DNA of 64,000 bases from Candidatus Woesearchaeota archaeon (GCA_016211215.1 JACQSR010000028.1:11423-75422), one strand, 5' to 3'. Shown: positions 16,070 to 25,711, counted from the first letter of the stretch. The notes: generated by a model from the letters alone, not told the origin. Program-made: numbers and translations.

Positions 16070-18749
16070 CAGGCTTGTGGGGCATGGCATTTTGAGCTTT
16101 CTTTTCCCTGCTCTTCTCTTCCTTTGCAACTTCAACAGGGCACTTGAATGCCTTTTCAATCTCATCAGCTGCCCCGTTAAGCGCATTTATCTCGTCATCC
16201 CTTTCAAGAATAACTTCCGGAATCCTTCCGGGGTCCTGCAGCAGCTTCGGCAGAATCTTTGAAACTTCCTTCCCGTACACTTTAAGCCCGCGGCCCATTA
16301 TTGCGGGCATTATCTCGTCCATCTTTCTTGTCTTTGCCATCTCTTCCTTCACTGCGCGAAAGAAAGTGTACTTCCATTGCTCCCCTACAATTAGGGTAAT
16401 CCTCTTTGGCTCCTTTATCTTTGCCAGCTCAAGCACCTGCATGATATCCTTAACCACGCTGCTTACAATCTCCTCCATCGCCTCTGCCTTTTGGTCTATC
16501 AGCGCTTCATCATAAATCGGCCATTTCTCCAGCGATATGAAGTTTTTATGCCCAAGTTTTTCCCAAAGCTCCTCTGAAATATGGGGCGCAAACACCGACA
16601 TTATCATGAGGAGCTTTCCCAAAACTTCCCTGTAAACCTTCAGGTTCACCTTTCCGGAATCCTTGTACTTCTGCAATGCGCCCTGCAGCTCCATTATCTT
16701 CCCAATCGCAATGCTGAGCCTGAAATCATCCGTCATTTCGGTAACCAGTTTTACCGTAGAATGCATCTTGCTCACAATATATTTCTCCTTGTGGGTCATT
16801 TCATTAACTGTCCCCTGCGGCATTTCCTCCACGAGGCGATAAACCCTGTTCAAAAACCTGTAGCATCCGTTGACGCCCTGCTCCGACCATTCCAATTCCT
16901 TCTCGGGATGCGCCGCAAAAAGTATAAACAGCCTTGCGGTGTCTGCCCCGTAAGTGTCTATTATTTCCTGAGGGTCCACAATATTTCCAAGCGATTTTGA
17001 CATCTTTGCGCCGTCTTTTGTTACCATTCCTTGTGTCAATAATCTGGTAAAGGGCTCGTCAAAATCCAGCAGCCCGATGTCCCTAAGCGCTTTTGTGAAA
17101 AACCTTGAATAAAGCAGGTGCAGGATTGCATGCTCTATGCCCCCGATGTACTGGTCAACCGGACACCACAACCCGACCTTGTCCCTGCTGAAGGGATTTT
17201 TTGCTTCTTTAGGGCTGCAGTACCTGAAGAAATACCATGAAGAATCAACAAATGTGTCCATGGTGTCAGTTTCACGCCTTGCATCGCCCCTGCATTTCGG
17301 GCATTTCGCCTCAACAAACTCTCTGCATTTTTCAAGGGGATTTCCCTCTCCGGTGAATTTTACATTCTTTGGAAGCTCCACCGGAAGCTCTTTCTCGGGA
17401 ACAGGAACAGCCCCGCACTTCCTGCAGTATATTATAGGTATAGGCGTTCCCCAGTACCTCTGCCTTGAAATCAGCCAGTCCCTGAGCTTGTAGTTCACCG
17501 TCCTTTTGCCCCATTTGTTTTTCTCAAGGAAAATGCTTATTGCCTCCATCGCATCACTATTGCGCATTCCGTCAAAGTCTCCTGAATTCACAAGAACTCC
17601 TTCCTCGGTATATGCCCGGGACATCTTCTCGGCATTGATGTCATACGCATCCGGGTTTATTACAAGCTTCAATGGCAATTTGTATTTTTTTGCAAACTCA
17701 AAATCTCGCTGGTCGTGGCACGGCACCGCCATGACTGCGCCAGTTCCGTATTCCATAAGCGCATAATCGGCCGCATAAAGGGGGTATTTCTCGTTGTTTA
17801 CCGGGTTGATGAAATATTTCCCAAGAAAAATTCCTTTCTTTTCCTTCCCCTCGGCTGTCCTTTCGATTATGCTTTCCTTCTTTACTTCGGAAATGAATTT
17901 CATTACTGTCTTCTCGTGCTTTGTTCCCTTTGTCCATTCGAGAACTTTGGGATGCTCAACCGCAAGCACCAGATAGGTTATTCCGTAAACTGTGTCTGGC
18001 CTTGTAGTAAATGTGGTTATCCCGTCAACCTTTTTTCCGTTTTCGTCAACAACATCAAAGAATATTTCAGTGCCGTAGCTCTTTCCAATCCAGTTGCGCT
18101 GCATTACTTTGACGCGCTCGGGCCAGTGCCCAAGCTTTTCAATGTCGTCCAAAAGCTGGTCCGCATATTTTTTTATGTTGAAGAACCACTGCTCCAGTTC
18201 CCTCTGCTCTACCTCGCTTTGGCACCTCCAGCATTTTCCGTCAACAACCTGCTCATTTGCAAGAACAGTATCGCAGCTCGGGCAGAAATTGACATCCGCC
18301 TTTTTTCTGTACGCAAGCCCGTTCTCAAGGAACTTCAAAAAAATCCATTGGTTCCATTTATAGTACTCCTTTTCGCACGTCGAGATTTTTCTGCTCCAGT
18401 CATAGCTTAGCCCAAGGCTTTTCTGCTGTTCCTCCATGTATGCGATATTTTTCCTAGTCCATTCCCCGGGGTCAACTTTATTCTGTATTGCGGCATTCTC
18501 GGCAGGCAGTCCGAAAGCATCATATCCCATCGGATAGAGGACATTAAAGCCGTTCATCCTCTTGAACCGGGCATAGGAGTCCCCGATAGTATAATTCCTC
18601 ACATGGCCCATGTGCAGTTTTCCGGAAGGATACGGAAACATCTCAAGAACATAATACTTGTTTCTTCCCTGTGCTTCCTTCGTGGCAAATATGCTTTTCT
18701 CTTCCCATCTTTTCTGCCATTTCTGGTCTACTTGTTTGAAGCCTTGCAT
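16050..18749 (-). CDS. leuS: leucyl-tRNA synthetase, bacterial-type
   Basis: [31 protein letters not shown] and KMSKS are present. The protein aligns by eye with E. coli-type LeuRS rather than the archaeal AFPYLSGxLHVGH type. Confidence 0.95.
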   Translation of the reverse strand: MQGFKQVDQKWQKRWEEKSIFATKEAQGRNKYYVLEMFPYPSGKLHMGHVRNYTIGDSYARFKRMNGFNVLYPMGYDAFGLPAENAAIQNKVDPGEWTRKNIAYMEEQQKSLGLSYDWSRKISTCEKEYYKWNQWIFLKFLENGLAYRKKADVNFCPSCDTVLANEQVVDGKCWRCQSEVEQRELEQWFFNIKKYADQLLDDIEKLGHWPERVKVMQRNWIGKSYGTEIFFDVVDENGKKVDGITTFTTRPDTVYGITYLVLAVEHPKVLEWTKGTKHEKTVMKFISEVKKESIIERTAEGKEKKGIFLGKYFINPVNNEKYPLYAADYALMEYGTGAVMAVPCHDQRDFEFAKKYKLPLKLVINPDAYDINAEKMSRAYTEEGVLVNSGDFDGMRNSDAMEAISIFLEKNKWGKRTVNYKLRDWLISRQRYWGTPIPIIYCRKCGAVPVPEKELPVELPKNVKFTGEGNPLEKCREFVEAKCPKCRGDARRETDTMDTFVDSSWYFFRYCSPKEAKNPFSRDKVGLWCPVDQYIGGIEHAILHLLYSRFFTKALRDIGLLDFDEPFTRLLTQGMVTKDGAKMSKSLGNIVDPQEIIDTYGADTARLFILFAAHPEKELEWSEQGVNGCYRFLNRVYRLVEEMPQGTVNEMTHKEKYIVSKMHSTVKLVTEMTDDFRLSIAIGKIMELQGALQKYKDSGKVNLKVYREVLGKLLMIMSVFAPHISEELWEKLGHKNFISLEKWPIYDEALIDQKAEAMEEIVSSVVKDIMQVLELAKIKEPKRITLIVGEQWKYTFFRAVKEEMAKTRKMDEIMPAIMGRGLKVYGKEVSKILPKLLQDPGRIPEVILERDDEINALNGAADEIEKAFKCPVEVAKEEKSREKKAQNAMPHKPAIAVEG

Positions 18750-18797
18750 AAGATGAAGAAAATAGATGTAACTTTTAAAACTTTAGAGTCATAAAAA

Positions 18798-21107
18798 CTA
18801 CTGAGTAGGATTTTCTACATCAGGAGGTACTGTCACAACCTTAAATTCTTTTTTTGCTACACCTCTTTCTAGTACCTCGCCGTCAATAATACCCCTCAAA
18901 ACAGGAGATATCTGGTCATAATAAGCGTCATTGACAGGGAATCTCCAGCCCCTAAATTTCTGTCTTAAATCTGTACCAGTAGCAGCACTCATTGCAGCAA
19001 CAATAAACGTTTCTCCTTTACCAACCCCAACAGTATCATAAAGATACCAGTAATCAGGATGGAACGCCTTAAAGAACCTTGGATAAACTTCCCAGCCATA
19101 AGGATTAACCGAAGAATCCTCAGCAATCTCAACAAATATACCATCCATGATGTTCGCATCAAATAATTTAGAGTTAGGTTCATGGGGGTCATCAGGATAA
19201 AAGTATCCATTGTTTGTGTAATCATTTAAGTCATTCTTATAACTCTGAAAAGAATCAAACTGATCCATTAATGTATTGGTGGTATCGGCATTAAAACCAT
19301 ATTGACCACTCCTTTCAATTAATTTATTTATACTATACATCCCAAGCAATGTCGCCCAACCTTCTCCATATCTATTCCAATCATATTCATAAAGTCCTGG
19401 GAATTTATCTGAAAATATGTATATCAAAAAGTCATGTCCCAACTCGTGATAAAGAACCCCCCAACGTGGTACATCTGTTCCTTCAACTAACAGACATCCA
19501 AATCCGATATAAATAGGTTGCCCGGCCCACCCACATGCAGGATAATTAAAAACAAATAATTGATTATCATAATCTCCCCAATGATTCGGCATTCCGGTCA
19601 ATTCTTTTTCTATCTCTAAAGCATAATGTGACACTTTGGGTATTTCGTACTTCTCTATTCCTTCTTTATATTTGAAAGTATAATAATCAAGTCTTCCTGG
19701 AAATTGAGCTGTCATTTCATCAGGGAAAACGAAAGCTACTCGTCCATACTTGTAAAGATTTCCCGATACACCCATAATGAAATCATCAACAAGAACATCA
19801 CAACTACTATCAAACCTAGTAATAACAGACCAATCTGAATTATGAGTTTCTGTAAGCAGAGGGAAATTGTTCCAAACCTGATTGCCTTCGATATTTGCAA
19901 TATCAACCCTAGCAGCATTATAACCTAATCGGTTTTGGGTCCTGAAAGAACCTGAACCTTGTGAACCAGATACACTCAAAATCCTCCGCTCACCATCCGG
20001 CCTTAAATTGATACTTTTTGGAGATTCAGAAAAGACATATTTATCCGCATTGATACTGATACCATAGCCGGGTTTGCTATAATCGATACTCAATTCAACA
20101 ACCTCTGTTTGATCTCCGCCAGGAACTTCATTAGAAATGCCTCCCACAAAAAACTTAATTTTAGTGGGATTCCCAATCGCTCCGAGTGGAAGTAACCCGT
20201 ATGCACTACCCCTTATTGAAATTGCCTTTGGTTCAAAATTAGGGACTAATTGACCACTAGTTGGGTAAATTGGAACAGACCAAGATCCCATGTTATACTG
20301 AATGTGAACATTATAGTCCACTCCAATACCATTAAGTGGATTACCCGTATTAGGGTCGTTATCTGCATCAATAAAAAAGATATACCCAAGATAATCTGGC
20401 AATACTGAATTTTCAATATCTGCTCTAACTGTAGTTTTCAATTGCAAAACGTTCCCAACTTGTTTTGCTTCAGAATATAAAATGTCCATATTCCCTTCAT
20501 CAAAGTCTTCTGGATCACCAACAGAAACAATTGGAAACTCAGGGCAACTAACCTCGCAATCTTCAGGGCATGTTCCTGCTAAGCACGGCATCTTACACGC
20601 AGGTATCTGATAAACACATGGAGGACAATAATCTGCTTCTCCCTCCTCGCAAATCCCATTTCCGCAAAAAGGACCGGATTCGCATCTGCATTCCTTAGTG
20701 CATGTTTCCTCATCACCGCAGTAAAACGGAGGAGTAGGGGCAGTAGGGTCGCATTGCTCCGGAGGTGTTACATAGCCATCTCCGCATGCGCACTCTCCAG
20801 AATGAAGTATTTCAACATTTTTGCAGTCTGCTTCGCACTGGTTTCCATATGTTACGCCATCAGAGCCGCAGACCGGCATGTATATTTCAGGGCACGAGCA
20901 AACTTCACATCCTTCATCAACTCCGCCGTCGCAGTTGTCATCAATGCTGTTGCAAACCTCAATAGCGCCAGGGTTAACATCTGGGTTTCTGTCGTCGCAG
21001 TCGATGTTTGAAGGGTAGCCATCTTTGTCAAAGTCGAATACACAGCTTACGATAAATAGAGATATTAGGGCTAGTAATGCTAACAGCAATGCCCTCTTTG
21101 CTCCCAT
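18798..21107 (-). CDS. secreted Cys-rich protein with Kazal-type domain and C-terminal HExxH metallopeptidase-like domain
   Basis: The signal/TM is MGAKRALLLALLALISLFIV. DCDDRNPDVNPGAIEVCNSIDDNCDGGVDEG is a MopE-like metal-binding repeat. CPEIYMPVCGSDGVTYGNQCEADC fits the Kazal pattern, and a later YHELGHDF is an HExxH motif. Confidence 0.7.
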   Translation of the reverse strand: MGAKRALLLALLALISLFIVSCVFDFDKDGYPSNIDCDDRNPDVNPGAIEVCNSIDDNCDGGVDEGCEVCSCPEIYMPVCGSDGVTYGNQCEADCKNVEILHSGECACGDGYVTPPEQCDPTAPTPPFYCGDEETCTKECRCESGPFCGNGICEEGEADYCPPCVYQIPACKMPCLAGTCPEDCEVSCPEFPIVSVGDPEDFDEGNMDILYSEAKQVGNVLQLKTTVRADIENSVLPDYLGYIFFIDADNDPNTGNPLNGIGVDYNVHIQYNMGSWSVPIYPTSGQLVPNFEPKAISIRGSAYGLLPLGAIGNPTKIKFFVGGISNEVPGGDQTEVVELSIDYSKPGYGISINADKYVFSESPKSINLRPDGERRILSVSGSQGSGSFRTQNRLGYNAARVDIANIEGNQVWNNFPLLTETHNSDWSVITRFDSSCDVLVDDFIMGVSGNLYKYGRVAFVFPDEMTAQFPGRLDYYTFKYKEGIEKYEIPKVSHYALEIEKELTGMPNHWGDYDNQLFVFNYPACGWAGQPIYIGFGCLLVEGTDVPRWGVLYHELGHDFLIYIFSDKFPGLYEYDWNRYGEGWATLLGMYSINKLIERSGQYGFNADTTNTLMDQFDSFQSYKNDLNDYTNNGYFYPDDPHEPNSKLFDANIMDGIFVEIAEDSSVNPYGWEVYPRFFKAFHPDYWYLYDTVGVGKGETFIVAAMSAATGTDLRQKFRGWRFPVNDAYYDQISPVLRGIIDGEVLERGVAKKEFKVVTVPPDVENPTQ

Positions 21108-21128
21108 ACCAATTTCTTGAGATAAAGT

Positions 21129-21725
21129 CTATAAAAACCTTTTGATTTTCATTCGCTTAAAGACAAACATAATAAGCACTCCAGCAGCGCTCCCCAGCAC
21201 ATTCGCCATTAAGTCAGTCATTGAATCTCCCCATGAGCCGCCCCTCACCTTTTCGCTCCAGTCCCCGCTGCCATAAAAGAAAAAACCGTCTCCCTGGCCC
21301 AGAAGCAGGTAGCTCGTGTATTCTATCATCTCCGTGAACGCTCCCGCCCCAACTGAAATCAGGATTACCACTGCTATGAGGCTCGGCTTTGAAATAGATG
21401 TGCTTTTCTCGAGCACCCTGTAGAACAAAATGGAGGCAACGACAAACGCATAAAAATGCACCACTTTGTCAAACATGATAAATGAAAACTCCCTGCCGTA
21501 AAGGCCGAAGATTCCGGCAGAATGAAGTATGAAAAAGGCATTAAGCGCCGCAGTAAGCGCATAATTCATCCTCACCCTTTCATAAAAGCGCAAAATGAGT
21601 AGGTTAGATATTACGAAAAGAATGTTCTCCGGGATAAACCAATAGTTGCCATTCAGCACCCCATAAAACAGAAAAACCAGCTGGACAAATATGAACACGA
21701 GCACAAGATTTGTTCTTCCTTTCAT
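21129..21725 (-). CDS. polytopic membrane protein (function unknown)
   Basis: Several hydrophobic helices are present. The start is trimmed to ATG 21725 so that it abuts the upstream stop at 21722. Confidence 0.5.
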   Translation of the reverse strand: MKGRTNLVLVFIFVQLVFLFYGVLNGNYWFIPENILFVISNLLILRFYERVRMNYALTAALNAFFILHSAGIFGLYGREFSFIMFDKVVHFYAFVVASILFYRVLEKSTSISKPSLIAVVILISVGAGAFTEMIEYTSYLLLGQGDGFFFYGSGDWSEKVRGGSWGDSMTDLMANVLGSAAGVLIMFVFKRMKIKRFL

Positions 21726-22414
21726 CGTCCGTTGCATTCTTCGGGCTTTTCCCCGTAAGCGCCGCATATCTCCTTTTCAAGCACGTCTTTTTCGGTAAAC
21801 CCCGAGAAGGTTTTCCCGTTCATCACAATCGAAGGGAAAGTTGTGACATTGTAGGTTGTCTTCAGCATGTCAAGCAGCGGCTCATTCTGAAGCGTGTTGT
21901 CAAACGCAAAATTCAGCAGCCTTTCCTTGAACACCTTTTTGAGATATGTAAGAACAAACGCCTGCCCGTCGCACTTCGGGCACTCCTCGGCGTTCGTAAA
22001 AAAGTAGAGCACAGTTGCAACATCCGCACCGCAAAGGTCTTTTGATTTTTTTGCAAGAAGCCAGTACCTCAGCTGCGCATGCAGGTATTCCCTCTTCAGC
22101 AGCAAGAACTCTTCCCTGTTTATCGCAGCATTCTCCTCGTATGACTCAAGCCGTATCCTTATTTTTTCAAGGGATTCCACATTTTCGTTGAATGTTGCGA
22201 GCAATGCGGCGCAGTTGTTTTCCCTCTCAAGCTCGTTTACAATCTCAAACTGGAGCTGGAGGCTTGAAAAATCAAGCGACTGCTGCTTTGCCTGCGACTC
22301 AACAAATGCTACCCTTTTCCCCTCGACCACAAGCCCTAAAAGAACACCCAGCATAAATATTACGGCAGTAATTGCGCCTGCAATGATATAAGTTCGCCTG
22401 CTTATTTCTTTCAT
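21722..22414 (-). CDS. membrane-anchored thioredoxin-fold protein (CPKC)
   Basis: An N-terminal TM is followed by a coiled-coil-like segment and then VLYFFTNAEECPKCDGQ, a CxxC in a thioredoxin/DsbA-like context. Confidence 0.55.
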   Translation of the reverse strand: MKEISRRTYIIAGAITAVIFMLGVLLGLVVEGKRVAFVESQAKQQSLDFSSLQLQFEIVNELERENNCAALLATFNENVESLEKIRIRLESYEENAAINREEFLLLKREYLHAQLRYWLLAKKSKDLCGADVATVLYFFTNAEECPKCDGQAFVLTYLKKVFKERLLNFAFDNTLQNEPLLDMLKTTYNVTTFPSIVMNGKTFSGFTEKDVLEKEICGAYGEKPEECNGR

Positions 22415-22418
22415 CGGA

Positions 22419-23675
22419 TTACCACTTATGCTGCCTGTTTAAAAGTATATCTAAAGCCACTCCCACCCATATGAGGCCGAGCAAAAGAAAATACCCGAGC
22501 ATATACACGAAAACAGGCATTAGGCCATGCCTCATTTCATGCTCCCTCGTAAACTTGTGGGACTTGATAAAAATAAAAATTGAAACTGCAAGCATCGCCA
22601 CGGCCACTAAAATCGTGGAGTAATCCAAATCGAGGAAATAAAAATTCAGTTCGAGTGTTTTTATGAATGTCCAAAAATCGAAATTGACAAACCCCAGGTT
22701 GTAAATGTAGCGGAGACCGGGCTCAAATGTGTAATATAAAAACGAAATGACCAATATAATTGCAATAACCCCGCCACCCATCAAGATGGGCATTTGTATG
22801 AACCCGAAATCGCCGTATTTTTTGTTGAATAGCATTTCCCTGTATTTTACCGAATTGATGACCGCGCCCTTAAACCACCTGTTTCTCTGGCGGTAAAGCG
22901 CCGAAAGTGTTGAAGGCGCTACAGTCGTAACATTTGTGTGCGGCAGCTGTATTATTTTATAGCCTTTCTTCTGCAGCCTGAGCGCCATCTCAAGGTCCTC
23001 GGTTAGGTTCCTGTTTTCGTCAAACCCGCCTACCTCCAGCAGGGACCGCCTGCGGTATATCGAGAAGGGGCCGGGTATCACATGGACGCAGTCAAGCTTG
23101 CCCATCAGCTCTTTGAAGAACATGTTTACCAGATACTCATAGGATTGCAGTTTTTCCAGTAGATTTTTTGGATTTCTTACCTTAAGGACTGGGAGCACCG
23201 CCGCAACTTTTTCATCGCCGAAATAGGGCAGCATTTCAAACAGTGCATTTTTTGTCACATACGAATCAGCATCAAGGCAGACAAAAAACTCTCCTGAAGC
23301 GAACTTGTTGCCTTTGTTCATGGCAGCCCCTTTTCCACCGTTCTTCTGCCTAACAAGTGTAACCGGAAATTTCCTCTTTTTTGTGATAAACTCTTCTACC
23401 AAGGCGTATGTATCATCCTTGCTCCCATCATCAACCACAAAAATCTCGAGTTTGTCAGAGGGATATTTCAGCGACAGCGCGGATTTAAGTGTCTGTATTA
23501 CCCTTTTCTCCTCGTTGTACGCCGGGATTACAATTGAAACATTTGGAGGTGTTTTCATGGAAGGTAGTTTGTGTTTTCCATCTTTTTTTTCAATAAACAC
23601 CAGGAACCAGAATAATGAAAAATAAAGCGCAACAAAATAAGAAACATACAGGATAATCTTTATGGTCCAGTTCAT
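22419..23675 (-). CDS. processive family-2 glycosyltransferase (membrane-integrated)
   Basis: VSIVIPAYNEE, VVDDGSKDDT, CLDADS and QRNRWFKG (the QxxRW motif) are present, with flanking TM helices. A TATA-like GATTTATAAAAT lies about 25 nt upstream. Confidence 0.85.
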   Translation of the reverse strand: MNWTIKIILYVSYFVALYFSLFWFLVFIEKKDGKHKLPSMKTPPNVSIVIPAYNEEKRVIQTLKSALSLKYPSDKLEIFVVDDGSKDDTYALVEEFITKKRKFPVTLVRQKNGGKGAAMNKGNKFASGEFFVCLDADSYVTKNALFEMLPYFGDEKVAAVLPVLKVRNPKNLLEKLQSYEYLVNMFFKELMGKLDCVHVIPGPFSIYRRRSLLEVGGFDENRNLTEDLEMALRLQKKGYKIIQLPHTNVTTVAPSTLSALYRQRNRWFKGAVINSVKYREMLFNKKYGDFGFIQMPILMGGGVIAIILVISFLYYTFEPGLRYIYNLGFVNFDFWTFIKTLELNFYFLDLDYSTILVAVAMLAVSIFIFIKSHKFTREHEMRHGLMPVFVYMLGYFLLLGLIWVGVALDILLNRQHKW

Positions 23676-23719
23676 ATTTCGTAAATTCCCAACAGGGATT
23701 TATAAAATTATTCCCATGC

Positions 23720-23917
23720 CTAGTACTTCTTGAACTCTGCAGCAGTCTCCAAAAGCTCAACATGCCCGAGGAACATTGACCTGCAGCAGTATCTATCCAG
23801 GCCAAGGTCGTCAAGAATCTTCTTTTTTGCATCCCCTTTTGCAGCTCTCTCCTTGAAATCCTCCCAGAGGTGCGCAATCGGCTTTCCGCATGACCAGCAT
23901 CTTATTGGAATAATCAT
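23720..23917 (-). CDS. rpoN: DNA-directed RNA polymerase subunit N (Rpo10)
   Basis: [21 protein letters not shown]...[14 protein letters not shown] is the canonical Rpb10/RpoN zinc-bundle sequence. Confidence 0.9.
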   Translation of the reverse strand: MIIPIRCWSCGKPIAHLWEDFKERAAKGDAKKKILDDLGLDRYCCRSMFLGHVELLETAAEFKKY

Positions 23918-23921
23918 AGTA

Positions 23922-24320
23922 TCACCTGTATGACTTCTGTCTTTTTGCCCTTGCCTTTGAATCGTTTGGCTTGCATACTTCCTTCCTTCTTACATCAGCG
24001 ACAAGCAATGTCCTGTCGTAGTTCAGGAAAATCTCTTTCAGTTTCTCTCCCTTTGCATACTGCACCAGCGCCTTTGCTATTCCCAGCCTCGAGGCATCTG
24101 CCTGCGAGCTTATTCCTCCGCCGTGCACATTGACATCTATATCCACTTTTGAGCTTACGTCGCCTGCAATTATCAGGGGCTCCTGCATCTTCAGTCGGTA
24201 TAATTCCTGCGGATACATGTCAAGGAGCATCTTGTTCACCCATACCCTTCCCTTGCCTTCCCTCAAGGCAACCCTTGCAATGGATCTTTTCCTTTTCCCG
24301 GATGTTAGTATAATTTTCAT
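23922..24320 (-). CDS. rps9: 30S ribosomal protein S9 (uS9)
   Basis: [10 protein letters not shown]... and the C-terminal ...[10 protein letters not shown] are present. ATG 24320 forms an ATGA overlap with the L13 stop. Confidence 0.9.
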   Translation of the reverse strand: MKIILTSGKRKRSIARVALREGKGRVWVNKMLLDMYPQELYRLKMQEPLIIAGDVSSKVDIDVNVHGGGISSQADASRLGIAKALVQYAKGEKLKEIFLNYDRTLLVADVRRKEVCKPNDSKARAKRQKSYR

Positions 24321-24733
24321 TTTCGTGCACCCAACTCCTTGCATACCCTTTTCATCTGAACATAGCGAAGCGATGGAAGCTTTGACACGTCCGCTTCCTT
24401 TATGGTTTCAAACTTTTTTGGGTCAAACCCTTCAGGAACGCCCATGTAGCATTTTACCCTCTTAAGCGCATTCCTTCCCCTGTCGGTTTTCCTCGGGAGC
24501 ATCCCCCTTATAATCCTTTTCACAACCCTGTCGGGCATCCTCGGAAAGAATGGTCCCTTTCTTATGCTGCCCCTGCTTCTTTTTACCTTGTATTCTTTTA
24601 TTACCGCATACTGCCCGCCCGATATGTAGGTGTTCTCGCAGTTCACTACCTCCACGTTCTCGCCGAGCAGTGCCCTTTTCGCTGCAACTGTCGCCATTCT
24701 TCCCACAATCAGGTTGTTTGCATCGATTATCAT
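24317..24733 (-). CDS. rpl13: 50S ribosomal protein L13 (uL13)
   Basis: MIIDANNLIVGRMATVAAKRALLGENVEVVNCE matches L13. ATG 24733 is preferred over TTG 24742. Confidence 0.9.
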   Translation of the reverse strand: MIIDANNLIVGRMATVAAKRALLGENVEVVNCENTYISGGQYAVIKEYKVKRSRGSIRKGPFFPRMPDRVVKRIIRGMLPRKTDRGRNALKRVKCYMGVPEGFDPKKFETIKEADVSKLPSLRYVQMKRVCKELGARK

Positions 24734-24734
24734 T

Positions 24735-25097
24735 TTAGCCAATTATCCTCATCCTTTTCTCATCCGGCTTCTCCTTGAACAGCTCAGGCATCGGCACAAT
24801 GGATGCTCCAGCCTGCTTCAGCTTGTCTATAGCGCTCCCCGAAAACTGGTATGCAGATATTGTAAGCTTGTGGCTTATTGCGCCGCTGCCCAGCACCTTT
24901 CCCGGAACTATGATAAAGTCATTCTCCCTTGTCACCCTGGCAATCTTTCCAAGGTTTACATTTCTCCTCTGCCTCGAGGGCCTCTCCAGCTCAGCCGCAA
25001 GCTTCTTCCAAAGCGCGCAATTCTGCTCAATCGAAGCCTTCCTCAAACTAGCTATGACATCCCTAAGGTGCTCGTTTGAAGATCCTGTTCGCTTCAT
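24735..25097 (-). CDS. rpl18e: 50S ribosomal protein L18e (eL18)
   Basis: ...RRNVNLGKIARVTRENDFIIVPGKVLGSG... is the archaeal L18e pattern, and the operon position is conserved. Confidence 0.85.
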   Translation of the reverse strand: MKRTGSSNEHLRDVIASLRKASIEQNCALWKKLAAELERPSRQRRNVNLGKIARVTRENDFIIVPGKVLGSGAISHKLTISAYQFSGSAIDKLKQAGASIVPMPELFKEKPDEKRMRIIG

Positions 25098-25576
25098 GCT
25101 CTTAATCCCTCAATGTATTTTGAAACCTCAAATGGATTCCCTATGAAATCCATCTCCATCTTTTGCTCGTCGAGCCCCGAAAGCTCGAGCGTAATCTTCC
25201 CGACCCCAAGCAGGGGATATTTTTTCATCGTGACCCTCGTTATTCCTGAATAGGGTATTTCCTTTCCCTCATCCGAAGCGCCCTTGCACACGACCATCTT
25301 CTCCGGAAAGAAGAGGTACCTTGTGCCTTTTGCGCCTGAATACGAAATCCAAAGCACAGCTGTTATCGCAACTGCAATCATTGCCATTAACAGCATTCCC
25401 AGGTTTCCGAAGCTCGGAAAAAATCCCGGAAGCACTTCCTTTGCATCGCTGAATATTTTCAGGATACCCAGCGCCTTCATCATAACATACACAGCCAGCA
25501 CCGCCAAAACCGGGCCAAGCACTTTCATGCCCTGCACGGCCATTGCGCCCCTGACATCCGGTTTTATCTCATCCAT
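25094..25576 (-). CDS. membrane protein with bacterial-PH (bPH_2/YdbT-like) domain
   Basis: Two TM helices are followed by YLFFPEKMVVCKG...IPYSGITRVTMKK...GKITLEL. ORF 25094..25633 is trimmed to ATG 25576 because the extension overlaps the tRNA. Confidence 0.5.
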   Translation of the reverse strand: MDEIKPDVRGAMAVQGMKVLGPVLAVLAVYVMMKALGILKIFSDAKEVLPGFFPSFGNLGMLLMAMIAVAITAVLWISYSGAKGTRYLFFPEKMVVCKGASDEGKEIPYSGITRVTMKKYPLLGVGKITLELSGLDEQKMEMDFIGNPFEVSKYIEGLRA

Positions 25577-25600
25577 TTCTGTGTTTCTCCGCACGATAAA

Positions 25601-25710
25601 TGCGGGGGACGGGATTCGAACCCGCGCAACCACTAAGGTATACGGCCCTCAACCGTACTCATTAAGTCTTCAATTATTAGTTGAAATTGACCGGGCTCTG
25701 ACACCCCCGC
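25601..25710 (-). tRNA. tRNA-Leu(GAG) with about 25-nt non-canonical intron in the D-loop
   Basis: The acceptor stem is GCGGGGG/CCCCCGC with discriminator A, and the T-arm is GCGGG-TTCGAAT-CCCGT. The anticodon arm is TACGG-TTGAGGG-CCGTA, and the long variable arm is ACC-TTAGT-GGT. The D-stem TCA...TGA is interrupted after GAGCCCGGTCAA by TTTCAACTAATAATTGAAGACTTAA. Confidence 0.75.
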
Positions 25711-25711
25711 G

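Noticed and set aside
17715-18410. 231-aa plus-strand ORF, along with many other 60-140 aa ORFs antisense to leuS.
   Set aside because: leuS homology on the minus strand is unambiguous along the whole interval. The antisense frames are low-complexity artefacts of codon bias.
25577-25633. N-terminal extension of ORF 25094..25633 (MVARVRIPSPAFIVRRNTE...).
   Set aside because: The extension is the antisense-free read-through of the tRNA-Leu 3' half (GGGATTCGAACCC). The real start is ATG 25576.
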